Positions 51,123 to 64,000 of a stretch of 64,000 nt of DNA are shown here, one piece after another. The notes under the pieces were generated by a model. That model was given only the letters and a program-made list of their open reading frames with translations. It ran no database searches and was not told the DNA's origin. The DNA is from Laetmonice hystrix (taxonomy: Eukaryota): contig OZ249436.1 in NCBI GenBank assembly GCA_965235115.1, forward strand, positions 13,084,001 to 13,148,000. Direction: 5' to 3'. How positions within the stretch are numbered: the first letter of the stretch is position 1; every line of letters starts with the position of its first letter. A program made the position numbers and the translations under genes.

Positions 51123-54100
51123 GTCTCATATTATCAATTATCCACAATTCCTGTCTTTATCCATGTTTGAGTGAGTTATGCCCTTAAATACTTGTCAAAA
51201 TGAACACGTTAGATTGGCACAATGAATAGGGCCTATACTGCTCGCCTCTGTGATAACTTCATGCACCGGGCCCGAGTCTCCGACTGAAGTCGTGCGTGCG
51301 TGCGTACACCTGGCAATCATCGATACATCTAGGAACTGTATCAAGGCCAAACTGTCTGGCTTCTTTGTCACCGTACCACACAAACTCAACTTCTACTACT
51401 ATGTGCATGACGGTCCCTAAATTAGCTTTTGAAAGTGTAGTTTGAGGTGATTATGAATATAATGATACTGCTGACTCTTTGGATAGGATCCAGAGCACGC
51501 AATGTGAAAAGAAAACCTACAGTCAGGGTTCAATGCCCGATAGAACGTCTGGAATAACGGCAGTCTATCTTTGGTTTTAGGCGATGTTTAATGCTGAGAT
51601 ATCACATAATATTTTGTATGACTTATTTCACATTTTGAATCTGTATGTTAGCTAAAGCCTGGAATTTCTATCGGCTTGCCGGGAATCGACCCAAGTTTTG
51701 AAAATTAACCGGTTATGAATCTATTTCACGGCAAAAATGGTTAGTATTCGTACAGTGAATTCGGAGCCCTTACAATGTTATATCAAAACTACTGGAATGG
51801 TCCGGGCTGTGTTGCCTGGGCCGCCTGGGTAGTTAGAGCAGTCGAGAACCGACAGCTGACTGAACACTGACCATTTACAGGAGCTGAGTCTGTGTACCAA
51901 GGCTAGCTTCTTGACCTTGGGTCTTCCCTGGCATTATTGGTTCTCCCTTTAACCTAATCAACGTGGCTTTTAAAACAATTGCTTACATTATTTACCTTTC
52001 ACTGCCTTCTTCAGTGTCTGATATATACGGGCCACACGGTCCGTGTCCGTACATTAGTGGCACGTTTAGAGTGATGCTACTGCACCAAGAAATGGTTTCA
52101 ATCCAATATTTCTGCTTGTTGCCTGGTTCAGTTGGCAACCACAGCACTATTTAGCAGAATGTGAAGTTAGGTAGGCACAATGCCGGTGGACATTTTAGTC
52201 CTCTCGGACCCTCAGCGACTGGTTCTTGCACTGGTTTCCCTTCATTTGGTTGGAGTACTAATGGCACTGTACGGAGCCAATCGGCCAACAGTTCCAATGA
52301 CAACTCCAACTTCCAACCCTGTTGTCGTTCACAATATGACCAATTTATGACGCGTTCAAAGTACACCCACGGCCTCGTTTTAAATAATATTTTGACCCTA
52401 TTGCGGCATACCGTAATCTGTAAAAACGGGTGCGGCGCTGCCATTCACCGACTAGTCAAGTACGTGTACACGACGGAATGCATAATGAACTGTACAAACT
52501 ACACATTGTTTACCATCATGATTTATCAACTTCAAAAAATTTGAAATTTTATTTAGCTATTGCGGAGGATATCAAGAGCAAGATGGGTGGTCGACCGACC
52601 ACCACATCTGGCATACCTCTCTATATTCCCATGGCACCGGTATGCCCATATTGATTGATGTCACTGATGAGAAAATAACGCTATAACACAATTAATTCCT
52701 TAATTTTCGTCCTTCATACATCATCGGAATGCCAGTTTCAAGACATAACATTCGGAAAAAAACACGAATAACTATATTCCAATTGACACCTGTGACAGTG
52801 ACAGCAACAGCGGCAATGACAGAAACAGTGCTACTAACCGAACGCACCCTGTCTTACTCAATTTTCTCTCGACTGACGATGGCCAGGAACATATTAATAC
52901 ATCACGCGACAGGGGAACAGACGCATTTAAACCTGAATTGAATTCATGATGTAGTCTATAAAACCCAGGTCTATGCTTCTTTCTATTCCCCTCAACCAAT
53001 GATGGTTTCATAGTGGTTTCTCGTCAAGGCTGCTTGCCAAATGTGAAATGCCCTACAAATGAGTACATGTAGTGCCATTCCCGTGCGTGACACAAGTTAT
53101 GTGTCAGGTCATTTAATAACGTCAGGGTGAGTTTTCAACTCATGGTATCATGATTCTATGTAAGCTTTTTAATCCATCTTCAGCAATACTATGACTTATT
53201 CGGTAAAGTTAACCTTTATACACCGCCTTTGTATAACATGATGATAGGACGCTGATGATATCAGTGACCGAATTCAAACAGAGGCATGTCGGAGGGGTTG
53301 GTGGATTAAGTTACCGTCAACATATCTAAATCATATAACTCACACCGGGCCGAGGGAGCATCGAGACTGGAGGCACGGCAGATTCTAGGGGGCTGACAAG
53401 GGAGTCTTTATAAACAGCTCAAACATAAAATATAAGATATGAAATATATGTCTTGGGATCTCGTCCCACGTACAACACCCCCCCCCCCCCACCACCACCA
53501 CCACCATGCAGTATACGTGTGGATGAAGTGGATGAAAGGAAGTTTTAGCCTGCATTTGACAATGTCCCTTTAGATGAAATAAACTATTTTTTAAATAACA
53601 AGAACGGCAAACAGACAGGCTACCCGGCATGGTCAAAGTTTCAATTCATGAAAACGGACTTCAATGTGATAGTAACAGCCACGTGGCGAGTACGATCGGC
53701 CTGACCTGTCAGTTCGGTCGATGGTGAACAACATTCCCATTTCCATATACTACTAATCTGGTACATGTAAGTAGTATACACAAATGAATATTTTTCACGG
53801 GTACTTGCGCACTACAACACCCGATCGATACAACATGAAAGTTGTCATGACCAAACAAACCTCTTCATTAAAGCACCATTTCTATGCTTAGATCGAAACG
53901 TGTTACCCCCTTGTATTTGTCGATCTCTAAATGAAGCATTTAAAAAGGCGGGAAACCATTATACAGGTATAACAATCCAATTCAACGCAGTGCACTGGGG
54001 AATCTATCTCTGCTACCTGTCTTCTGCTCATCCACCCTTATAGATATGAAATACAGCATAGATCTCTACCATAAAATGCAAGGCTGTGTGAAGAGGACGA

Positions 54101-54999
54101 AGAATACCATGAAGACATTATGAACGTTCCATATGGAGAGGGCCCAATATTGAAATACAGGCTCTGGTCATACAGGAACTGTCGGTACAGTATGTTGACA
54201 CATTCAGCAAGCGTGACAGGCAAATCTATATCAAAATTACATCTGCTCGTGATAGAATTGCTTCAGCTCCATAGGGGAATATCTCAGTAATGACTACATG
54301 GCATATTGGTGTGTTATTGGTGCACGTGCATGCATGCTCGCATATTCCCGATTGGCATTACGTAACAGTGTGTAATGGATGGCTTGGGGTGATATGGGCC
54401 TGCTCGTGGGACTAGACCAAGTGCTTTAACCACACCCGGGTACCCCCACCCCACCCCACCCCATGGAGGTGGTAGGGGGGGATTTATATATTATTACCCC
54501 ATCATCCTCTTCAGCCGCTAGGCTAGGCCGACCAGCAGAACGTCCATGGGCCTATGATATCAACACAGGAATAAATTTCATATTCACCAACAAGCTATTC
54601 TGACATCTTGAATGAAATTCCCCCATCATGGTCCCTCATGCTTGTCCTTGTAACGGCTATTGATTTACTCTTAGTAAAGGGAGCCACGTCGGGTGGAGAG
54701 GGTTTGAATCGGTAGGACACTTGCTACCTTTAGTTTTAGGCCTAGATCTATTCATGTCCACTTGGTCATCCCCAGTAGCCTACTTTAGATCATCACTGGC
54801 CCCACGGCATGGGACGGTTGACCGATGTTCTGCCATAATAAGTCAATCAAATCATTGACCTACCCTAGGTCCCATGAGAAATTCTCTAACATTCTGAAAT
54901 CTAAGCTACGTTTAACAAGATGTAACTAAACTTGCGAAACATTCTTTCATGAGTTAACAAGATCAAAGCTTAGGATTTTAAACGCAACACCCCACGAGG

Positions 55000-55245
55000 T
55001 GTGGCCAAGAGGGCAGCGTGGAAGAACGAGCAGGCCGGCGGCGGTCGCATGCGACCGGCTCCTTGGCTCCCCTCACCACAGCCGCTGCCACCGCCGCCGC
55101 CGCCGCTGCTGCTGCCACCGCCACAGTCTCCCGCCGCCTGCAGCGCTCGCGGCTCTGCCTGGGCCCGACGTCGGCGCCTCCCGCCCGCCAAAGCCATGCA
55201 CCTAGGCCTGTGCGCCCTGCCTCCGGACCACCCGCGCGCATCTCA
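55000..55245. other. CpG-rich, very GC-rich island with (GCC/GCT)n tract
   Basis: Dense CpG and the run GCCGCTGCCACCGCCGCCGCCGCCGCTGCTGCTGCC, in sharp contrast to the flanks. Open in many frames, with no recognisable protein. Confidence 0.7.
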
Positions 55246-56189
55246 AGACCATGTCACTTTTCATCTCATGTGCCATCACGCATCATTCTAAACCCGCTCC
55301 ATTCATACATTAATGATAGGAAATACCGGTAATATATAAAGTGATTTACCTTTCGTTTTGGTAGAATTCAGCTTCATTTATTTGGCCTGGTACATCCGGG
55401 AGACTTCATCAGAATATGCAGAATCGCGCAGCGGCTACAGTAGATGGGGCGTGATTTGGATTCTAACCGTTGCAACGCCGGCGCACGTTAAGCAGAAGTC
55501 ACTTGCAATAAGATGTTATGACATGCGCGCATCATATGTAGAACTGTATCGGGTAGGCCTAACTCACACCTACCAGATAACTGGACAGTTGTAGATGTAA
55601 ATATACCCCCTTCTCCTCTCCCGTTAGATTTGGGTTCAAACCCGATTCACATAATGGAGCGGCTCGGAAATGGTAGGCCCTTGGCCTACGTATGCTTGCT
55701 ACAGGAATGGTGAGGCCGACGCCAACAGACCTTCAAATTTAAATCATGCCTATTCGGAATGGTTAAGGGGCCCAAGCGGTGTTCAACGGAGTCAATTCAG
55801 AAAGTTCTATGGGGAAAAAGAAAAATCGGTTGCGGGGGACCCCCCTCCCCGGGGGACCCCCCCCCCCCCCCTTAGGCAGACGCCCCTGCAAACTACAGAT
55901 TTATGTTATCCTCCGGCATTTAGACCTGTCAGAGGTAGGCCTATAGATCTGTCTCTAGGGCTATAGGCCTAGACTTACTCTACACTTGTTCCTATACACA
56001 TTAATGATACATGCAGACGAGAGGGTATGCAGAAACATACAGACCTAGAGTTTACACTCGAACTGCGGCCTACAATCGGCCTACAATATGAGCGTCCAAA
56101 GGCTACAACCACGAGTCACACGATATGCTGGCGTTCCTCCTGGTGGCAAACAATGGAACTCTAAATTGACCGGATAACTACTGAAACAT

Positions 56190-56203
56190 GCGCCACCTGG
56201 TGG
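56190..56203 (-). promoter_or_regulatory. CTCF-consensus-like motif
   Basis: Minus strand CCACCAGGTGGCGC. A weaker co-oriented match, GCCACCAGGAGG, lies at ~56136-56147. Confidence 0.4.
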
Positions 56204-56358
56204 ATTAACCCGTCAGTCACGGGAAATTGTGACGGGACAGACATGGAAGTTTCGAATTTGTTGATAGATTCAGATGTTTGTTGTTGAATGCTCTTTCAAC
56301 TCGCGACTATACACACGATAAGATTAAATCGACGCCTCACCTATTCTGATTAGGCCTA

Positions 56359-57154
56359 TATCGGGTGGATAAAAAAACGCCCCGAACTTTAAACTTCAAT
56401 ATTTCAAAAAGTAATGATTGTAATTCAATGAAATTTTTCTTAATATCACTTCATGATGTTGTCTCTTAGTTGTTAATGGTACAACTCAATAGCTTCGATA
56501 ATATTTCCGTGGGGCTAAAAACAAAAATCATTGTACAAAAGCGCAATGTCGGGCTAAAGCGAGTTGTAGTCGCACCCAGAGTCCCTGGCCTCACACTATA
56601 GAGTAGGTGGTCAATCGGTCCCCCGTTTTCACTCCAAAAACTGCTCTCAGTCTCTTTTTCCATGAGCCAATGCACTTCCCGATCTCTGATAGGGAAATAT
56701 CTTCCCAACATTGGGAAATACGCAACGTTCTGAATGTGTTGCTAAACGTGATAATGATACGATTTCCGTTGAACTTCTCGTTACAGTCATATCGTCCTAA
56801 TGTTGCAGTTTCTCTGTAGGGTTTGGCACATTAAACATCTGTTTTTCTCTAAAAGTGCTAGGAATAGCACATATTTTATTATATCTAGTGGTCCACAACA
56901 TGATACATATTGTAAAACATGCAAAAACTAAATATTGATTTTTTTTACCCAAGGTACAATGCGGTGCATCAAACAGGTGTCAAATTGGACACCTGGCAGC
57001 TGCATGATATTTGACCTAATTCCGGCATTGCGTTTTTAGACACTGATTTTTGTTTTTAGCGCCACGGGATTAATATCAAAGCTATTGAGCTGAAATATTT
57101 TTTGAAATATTAAAGTTTAAAGTTCGGGGCGTTTTTTTTTTTATCCACCCGATA
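56359..57154. mobile_element. Tc1/mariner-type non-autonomous element (~800 bp)
   Basis: TIR TATCGGGTGGATAAAAAAACGCCCCGAACTTTAAACTTCAATATTTCAAAAA with its reverse complement at ~57097-57154. TA on both flanks (56357-56358, 57155-57156). No transposase ORF. Confidence 0.9.
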
Positions 57155-57329
57155 TAACACAGAACCAAGAAGTCGTCGAATAGGCCTAATATTAAATGAC
57201 ATCGTTGCATGCATGGTTAGGACCATCATGTCCACGTCAGCGCACGTGTAATTATTTTAAAATTAATTTGGAGAATATCCACTTTTAATTCATAGCGCTT
57301 GGAGTTCATAGTCTTTTTAAAGCTTCAGC

Positions 57330-57750
57330 CGTAAACGGACTTTCTACGAGAGTAGGTCTACTAAAAGATGTCTTCCTTAATTTGATAGACGAAGTCACAT
57401 TTATGTTTAACTTATCTCTAACTATAAAGGGGAATTCCCTGGCGGCTTGGAAATAGCGACTGTAATTCCACTACAGAAAGATGGGATGTTACTAACGTAC
57501 GACTGATGTCGTTAGTCGACCTTCATATAGAACGGTGGGGCGCTAACAACAGACTCACTATTAATGTTAAAAAGACGAAGTCACTAATCTTTGGTACTAA
57601 GCATAGGTTAAAGAAATATGATAACCCTGAGATTGAGATCAATGGCTCTTTACTCGAGAATATAAAACAGTAAATACCTAGGAATTACTGTGACAGCACA
57701 CTAAGTTCTAACAGTCTTATGAAAACCGTCTCCCACAAACCACGTCTGTT
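57330..57750 (+). pseudogene. Decayed non-LTR retrotransposon (CR1/L2-type) ORF2 fragment
   Basis: Across frameshifts reads FMFNLSL..G.FP..W..ATVIPLQKDG and then NNRLTINVKKTKSLIFGTKHRLKKYDNPEIEINGSLLENIKQ/KYLGIT. These motifs normally flank the RT core, which is missing here. Confidence 0.85.
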
Positions 57751-59539
57751 GGAATTGGAATGCCTTAACTTTAGAGGAACAACACGCCTCTAGCTATAAC
57801 TCCTTTAAAGCAAAAAACAAAAAGAAGAGAAATAAACAAAATGCTGGCACCATAAAGAACTTTAATGTAACTGTGCATATATTACAGTGTTTTGATGGCT
57901 ACTCTCCTTTCAAGAAACCTGATCGCATACATCCGAGACATTTACTTCCATGATTGCAAACATCATCGCCCTCATCATTATCATTTCTTTACAAATGTTT
58001 TGAACATTGTAACCTAATACTGCTTATACTGGTAGGCGGGAGACCAGGATTTCTATGTAAAACCTGAGCTGTACCAGGATAATTGAAATTTTTTAAACAA
58101 AAATCATTTTGTATCCTGGCTATCTGCCCCCCCCCCCCCCCACCAAGTAACACCACTGAACATAGAGCTATCTCCTCCTTCACGTTCTTTGTACCATCTT
58201 CTTTGTCATTCCACAGCATAACAATTAGACCAAGATAGGCTGAAATATATCGGGTACGGATTAGCACGCACTTTAGTGTTCTATTGCAAAGCGATTACAA
58301 TATAACTGCCGGACTGTCAACCAGAGGGCGCTCTGGTATGGATAAATCGGGAGTGGGCCTTATCAACCCCGCTACCAGTTTGCCGCAAGTTCTCCCATAC
58401 TATAGCCCCTTTTGGATCCGCCCCGCAGAATTTGAAATTGTGGGGGTAGGGAGGCGATGTCACCCTCGGATTCTCGTATTATCGTAATCAGCGCTACACG
58501 AGTTATACTTTTATCTCTTTGTAGACATACCTTAAAAACAGGTAACAAACAGCAACCCAAAAACAAACAAACAAAAACAACAAGAAGAATAACAACAAAG
58601 ACAAAAACAGTACGTATTAAATGTAATACCCATGAAAATGCTGACATCCAAGGCATGCGAAAGAAAAGACGATTGTGTGCACTGCCGAACCTATGACCAT
58701 CACATGGTGAACATCAGTGTTACGCTGTTGGCGCCAAGAGACCGGCCCATACTTAGTAATTGCAGGCGTTTAGGCCAGTGGATTTTATCGATCTGCTTCC
58801 TATTGCTTTACATGGACGTGGTGCCCGCATGAAATCGACCACCTCGAGGAGATTACACACACAGCAAATTTAGAATGTTTACATGACTGGAACCTGGTCA
58901 GAATGTTGCCATGCAATCTTGAGCTCAATCCTTGTCCCCAGAGGTATTCTGTACGTGCATGCACGCTCAGAAAGCGTGAAGCTGTTAGTACGCACGTTTT
59001 GCTGTGTTTGGCAGTGAATGAACCATGTCCATTTACCCTTCGGTTTCTTTATTGTAATTAAGCAAAGCATGCACGCAGTTTGTACGTGACGGCATCGAAC
59101 AACCCTATACATAATTCAGATTACAAAATTATAATGATCAGTGTAATTTTTTTTTATAGTTTACAGAAAAGCATGGACCTCAGTAATGGATCCATTTTGT
59201 GATAGTCATTAAATATTGCCGAAGTAATCTTAATTAATCTTAAATTTTAAGCATCATTGAGTTGAAAAATACCTCCAAACAACCAACTCTGTATGGATTA
59301 TAGAATATTAATAAATTTTGACAAAATGTTAGTGAAGGCCTATATCAAATTTTCACAAAAGTAGCTTTCCGTTTTACATATCGTCGCTACGTATAAATTT
59401 GGTTCCTTTTACCAGTTACATTCGACAACCTTATTGTACTCAGTGACTTGGTATAAACTTGAATGCACCTTCACGTATATCCTCTAGGGACCTACATTTA
59501 CTGAGATGGGGAAGGACAAAGTTTAACAGTATTCCCAAA

Positions 59540-59654
59540 TCTAACCCTGACCCCCTACTCTATGTCGCCGTATACCTCTAGCTATACATCCGTATCCTTC
59601 GAATGTTCCTAACCCCTAACCCTATAACCCTAACTCTAACCCTAACACTAACCA
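59540..59654. repeat. Degenerate (TAACCC)n interstitial tract
   Basis: CCTAACCCCTAACCCTATAACCCTAACTCTAACCCTAACACTAACC at ~59608-59653, plus CTAACCCTGACCCC at ~59541. Confidence 0.7.
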
Positions 59655-60104
59655 TGAACCATCAATTGGGTGGGAATGTTACGATGGAGACCGGCTCCTC
59701 AGCCTTTAGTGACACAAATATAACGGATATGAATCCTCTTGTTCCCGCCCTCTGACCAAGCACGTTATTGACAGATAAAAGTTAGAGATAAAGTAGTCCG
59801 ACGTACCGTTGATATAAGTCAGGTGGGGCTCCATGGAGGCAGCTTGGATCAAGTGTCTTTAGGGTACGGCAATTATCCATCGCCACACGTCGTAAAAACT
59901 CTTGATAATCATGCATTAAGTTTAATGTGAAATTAATAACAGAGAAATACCTCACGATTGACAGGGAAAGCGCTGGCAAAAGTAAAAATTGTCCACCAAG
60001 CTCCCGGGTATTCAAAAAATGGACGGTATATCAGCTAGGATTCTGGCACACCAAAGGCTCTTGAAATACCGTCCTTGTGACAGACAGGTCAGGGGATAGG
60101 GTCT

Positions 60105-60115
60105 GAGAGAGAGAG

Positions 60116-60166
<51 letters not shown>
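60105..60166. repeat. (GA)n microsatellite
   Basis: About 30 nearly perfect GA units. Confidence 0.97.
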
Positions 60167-60173
<7 letters not shown>

Positions 60174-60296
60174 TAGAGTAATTATTTGTCCTTCATTTTC
60201 CACTTTCACGATTTTTTACGCCTGATCGCGTAGATGTATGTGTATACTCCGTCCGCCTGTTTAGCGCAAAATTCCGTCACGGCCACGATTGTAACG

Positions 60297-60540
60297 TATG
60301 GAGCCCATAAAACCAGGAATCCATGTGTCCGTAGTGCATATTGTGTACTGCGTAATCAAAACAATGAAAACACGCATTACGCACTACGCAGTGTTACGCA
60401 TCACGCCACACTACGTACACATGGATTCATGGCTTTAGGTGACATCGTCCGCAATCCGCGACTCGCCGTTCGCAATCCGTAAACCGCCGCTCGCCACTCG
60501 CAATCCGCGACTCGCCGTTCGCAATCCGAAAACTGCCGTA
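60297..60540. mobile_element. Degenerate inverted-repeat element with short internal heptamer-like repeats
   Basis: TAAAACCAGGAATCCATGTGTCCGTAGT (~60308) pairs imperfectly with ACTACGTACACATGGATTCATGGCTTTA (~60410-60437). Followed by repeated CGCAATC/CGCGACT/CGCCGTT units. Begins TATGGAGCCC. TSD not found. Confidence 0.5.
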
Positions 60541-63192
60541 AACTGCCATTTTCTCATGAGACAAACCTAGTTGTCGCAGGAAACCTACTCTCCAGTGAAA
60601 TTAACCCAGTCTAAGAATTGGCATCCAAGGTTATCACGAGAAAAAATACGAGGAATTTAAGAGAAATGCCAATAATAATAAGAATTCCATAGGAGGTACA
60701 TAACATCTGCATTGTCTGCATGACTTTGAACCTGTTTGGCGTGTTCTGTTTCGTGATGGTATAGCTACTTCCGCCCCCTCCCCCGCTGGGATTCCCTTTG
60801 TGCAGGGCTTGGCTACATTGGAGAGATCACACTCTGACTGTGGCTCTATAAATCACAAACCTACCTTCAGATATTTTGTACAAACATTGACTGCCTACAC
60901 GACGTAAACGTTATTATATACACCATGGGCGTTGCCGGATGATTCCTTCCACTCAATCACGGGTGCGGCTAGGATGGCATGGTTGGAGGGGTTATCATTG
61001 AATGAAGGATGGTAGATAAAATAGTCACTGATCAAAGACGACCAAACGAAGACAGTCACTCATTAAAGAAAACAATGGCGATGATAACTTGATAATGGTC
61101 CTGTCCCTGGTTGCCATTACGGCCCTGACTGCCCGGACTCAGGGAACAACCTGATCATCCCTTCCAGTGTGGAGTGGATTATTCCGATTGTTCCAGCCTC
61201 ACATTCTATATAGACGATCCATGCAGACGATCGCATCCGTTCTTCACCGTAATACGTTTTCCAGGTAAGGCCACGGGAGCGACCATGTCCTTGGGCGGGT
61301 GGATTTTAATGTACGTTAGTGGCCAGTCAGAGCACACAGGTAGGCTGTTTGCCTTCTCCCGTCTCCACCACTTCTAATACGTGACAGCGCAACTGATGCC
61401 TGGGAATATACCACGGAGGCTGAGGTTGACTATAGAAACGGCTGTTAAAATCATACCTATACGATCACCTGCTCTTACTAGTTGCGCGTACAGTAACCAT
61501 TGCCACAAAGCAGAAAAATATTACCGCTTATATAGGCAGGAGGATCATAGATATCATGTTGAAAACTCTGTTTCGGTGACAGGAATTCATTGACGGATGA
61601 CTTCGGTTGGCACTGTTACTGTGATCACATCGTTCGCCGCCTGTAGACATATCAACAGATAAATTTCCAGGTAAAATATTCACTTTGCTTGGAATATTTC
61701 CACGGTGAAAGTAGTGAAAGCTGAAACCGGTAATAGGCTGTTAAAGATGACTCAGTATTAAGGGGAAGGGAAGATTTTTAGTCAAACTTTAGGGAGGGTG
61801 ATTGGGCATCACCGTCTCCATCATGTCGGGTGTGTTTGTTCCAGGATAGAAGAACTGAAGTTGAACTTTAATTAACAGGTTAGGTGCTATAGCATAATGA
61901 AGATAGTCACTGTAAGCCGAAACTTTTGCATATATTTGGACTTATAAGCTGGGGGAAGTTTTGTTCAAACGTATAGATCTCATCTAACACTGATCATTTC
62001 CAAACGTGTTCCCTTTCATAATGCACATCAAATTCAGCTGTCTCAAATGTTGTAAAAAGGCGTCAGCGTACATGATGTGCGTTTCGTAGTTTATATGTAC
62101 AATGACTGGCCACGTAGCTGTGGTATGGGGACATGGCTCAGTCGACGCTGTAGCCTGATGCCATTTGACATGTCTCGCGGTCATTATCAGCCGATCGCAC
62201 CTGTCAGTCTCCGGCCTGCCCGGCTGCAGGTCGGGAAGGGGCCGCGGCATACTCAACTAATGGTCACTCGTTATATTACTGCTATCATAATACAAAACGT
62301 TTTAATGGATTGTGTGCGTGCCACGAGCAGCTCGTAATGATTGGAACGCACCATTCAATGGTTAAATCGACCATTGTATAACGCTCGCCCTAGTCCACAG
62401 AAAATTTCGATTCGTGTCTGGAATTCTGTTAAGACACAATAAGCCCGCTTTAGATCTTGCGTAATTAGACACGGTGGGTTTTGGTTAGAAAATATAATTA
62501 ATCTTTAAATAGATTACTGAAAGCAAATGTAGCTAAACTTATAAAATTTTCAATGCGTTGTGTGTTAAGCACGTTTACCAGAAGTGCACCACAACCACAT
62601 CAGGCAATGTGAAGCCGTTTCAATTTGAGTAATCTACCAATACCATTACATGTACTGCATACATGTATAGAACAGGCCCATGTTACACTGTGTGGCAAAG
62701 TAACATCAACTATATTGCAACAGCTGTTTCGTTATCTGTGCAATTAACCAAGTATTGCTTGCTTTCCCTCCGTGGATACTGACTAATGACAAATCTTATC
62801 ATTGATTGTAAGTAAACTTCTGTATGAGTATAAGGGTGGTCGTTATTGAGTGCATTGGTTGGGTTTCACAAAATTCCATATATTACATAACTTATGAACG
62901 TAATGAATGTGTTTAATATATCCCAAATTTAAATATGCAAGTTAAACGCGCCTCGACATTTTAAAATATTCCCCGTATTCCTGGCTGTTTATTAGCACTG
63001 CGAAGAGGTTCGACTGGATGCATTCAACAGGTAAAATGACGTGAACCGCCAACCTGTCTGTTCATTTTCACGATCTGAAATCGATTTTTTCATTTGAGGA
63101 ACTGACGGGGGACGTTATATACTCAACTCCGAATTACCTGTAGTAGTATCAAGGACCTGTAGCGGCGGCACAGAAGCGTTGATAGGGGTAGG

Positions 63193-63703
63193 CAGGGTGC
63201 CCATCACCTATAATATTTCTTATAAATTCCTATATTTTTCTTTCTATCCTATCAAGTTCTATTCTTCGAGAACATTCTCATAAATTCCTATTTTTAAAAA
63301 TTTCTTTACGCATATACGTGCTGATATGAGACTTTTCTTTGTGGAAACATAGATTCAATTCCTGATAAAAGTACTTAATAAATATATTATTACTCAAGAC
63401 TGATTATCCATTTAATGTACATGTATATGTTAAATTAAACCACATTTTGGCTGTTTGTATCTTATACTTGTTTATCAACTTTATATTAAACAGTGGCGGG
63501 GAAGGACGGTTGTAGAGGTGGTAGAGGCCTTCTTGAATGTATACAAATGTGTTTATTTGCCATCTTAGAAGCTACCATGTACCTTGATCTTGCTATAATC
63601 GCCTATAAGACAAGAAAGAATTCTCCTATTTTGGTTTGAAAATTCCTATAGACGTCTACATGTATTCATATATTATGTTGCGTGTAAACTGCTGGGTACC
63701 CTG
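63193..63703. mobile_element. Probable non-autonomous DNA transposon with short TIRs
   Basis: CAGGGTGCCCA ... TGGGTACCCTG ends, with repeated CCTAT subterminal motifs at both ends. No TSD recognised. Confidence 0.5.
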
Positions 63704-64000
63704 TATACGTGACAGGGAAATTCCTGTGATATAAAATAGCGCACGATTCTGTTGTACTATGTTAACGCACCTATCAATACACTATCAAAGGCATGTGGTA
63801 GGGCGTTCAGTGCGGCCTTGGTGATAAAGGGTACCTCTGATAGTGTTCTGATTGGGCTATCAGAAGTTTGACTATCAACGCTTCTGTGCGGCCGCTGGGC
63901 AAGCCCTTTTCACCCATTCTTATTGGCGACATCACCTGTTTTGATGGTGTTAACTATACGTGGAGCCGTTAACGGGGCCCGCGCGGTTGGACCTGCCGAC

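Noticed and set aside
54970..55332. Poly-Ala/Pro/Gly ORFs suggesting a transcription-factor exon
   Set aside because: Five overlapping frames are open because of GC richness; no DNA-binding domain and no consistent splice boundaries.
55625..55650. tRNA T-loop / B-box-like GGGTTCAAACCC
   Set aside because: No A-box or cloverleaf upstream, so no tRNA or SINE head is supported.

Overview
Eukaryotic (metazoan, probably non-arthropod invertebrate) genomic DNA. I could not support any intact host protein-coding gene, rRNA, tRNA or CRISPR array, so it reads as a very large intron or gene desert. Nearly all ORFs in the track are chance ORFs or repeat read-through. The interpretable structure is mobile DNA and tandem repeats. 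(1) A 5.2-kb Academ-type DNA transposon (26696-31865; TAG..CTA ends, ATA target duplication, ~1-kb inverted arms) holds two outward-pointing decayed copies of the transposase C-terminus and three nested insertions. (2) A 6.1-kb Helentron/DINE-like (HINE) locus (42892-49000) has one copy inserted into the (TAT)n microsatellite of another copy of the same family, with internal 146-bp and 258-bp satellite arrays. (3) There are several MITEs with diagnostic TSDs (TA, 5 bp, 6 bp) and a CR1/L2-type reverse transcriptase relic. (4) There are minisatellites of about 30, 40, 42, 50 and 90 bp, one of which forms a 411-codon His/Pro-rich ORF. GC-rich patches with TALE, CTCF and nuclear-receptor-like motifs are candidate regulatory elements only. 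I see no clear new biological system; the best leads are the unusual transposon architectures. All family assignments are from recalled terminal/TSD signatures and motifs, not database searches.
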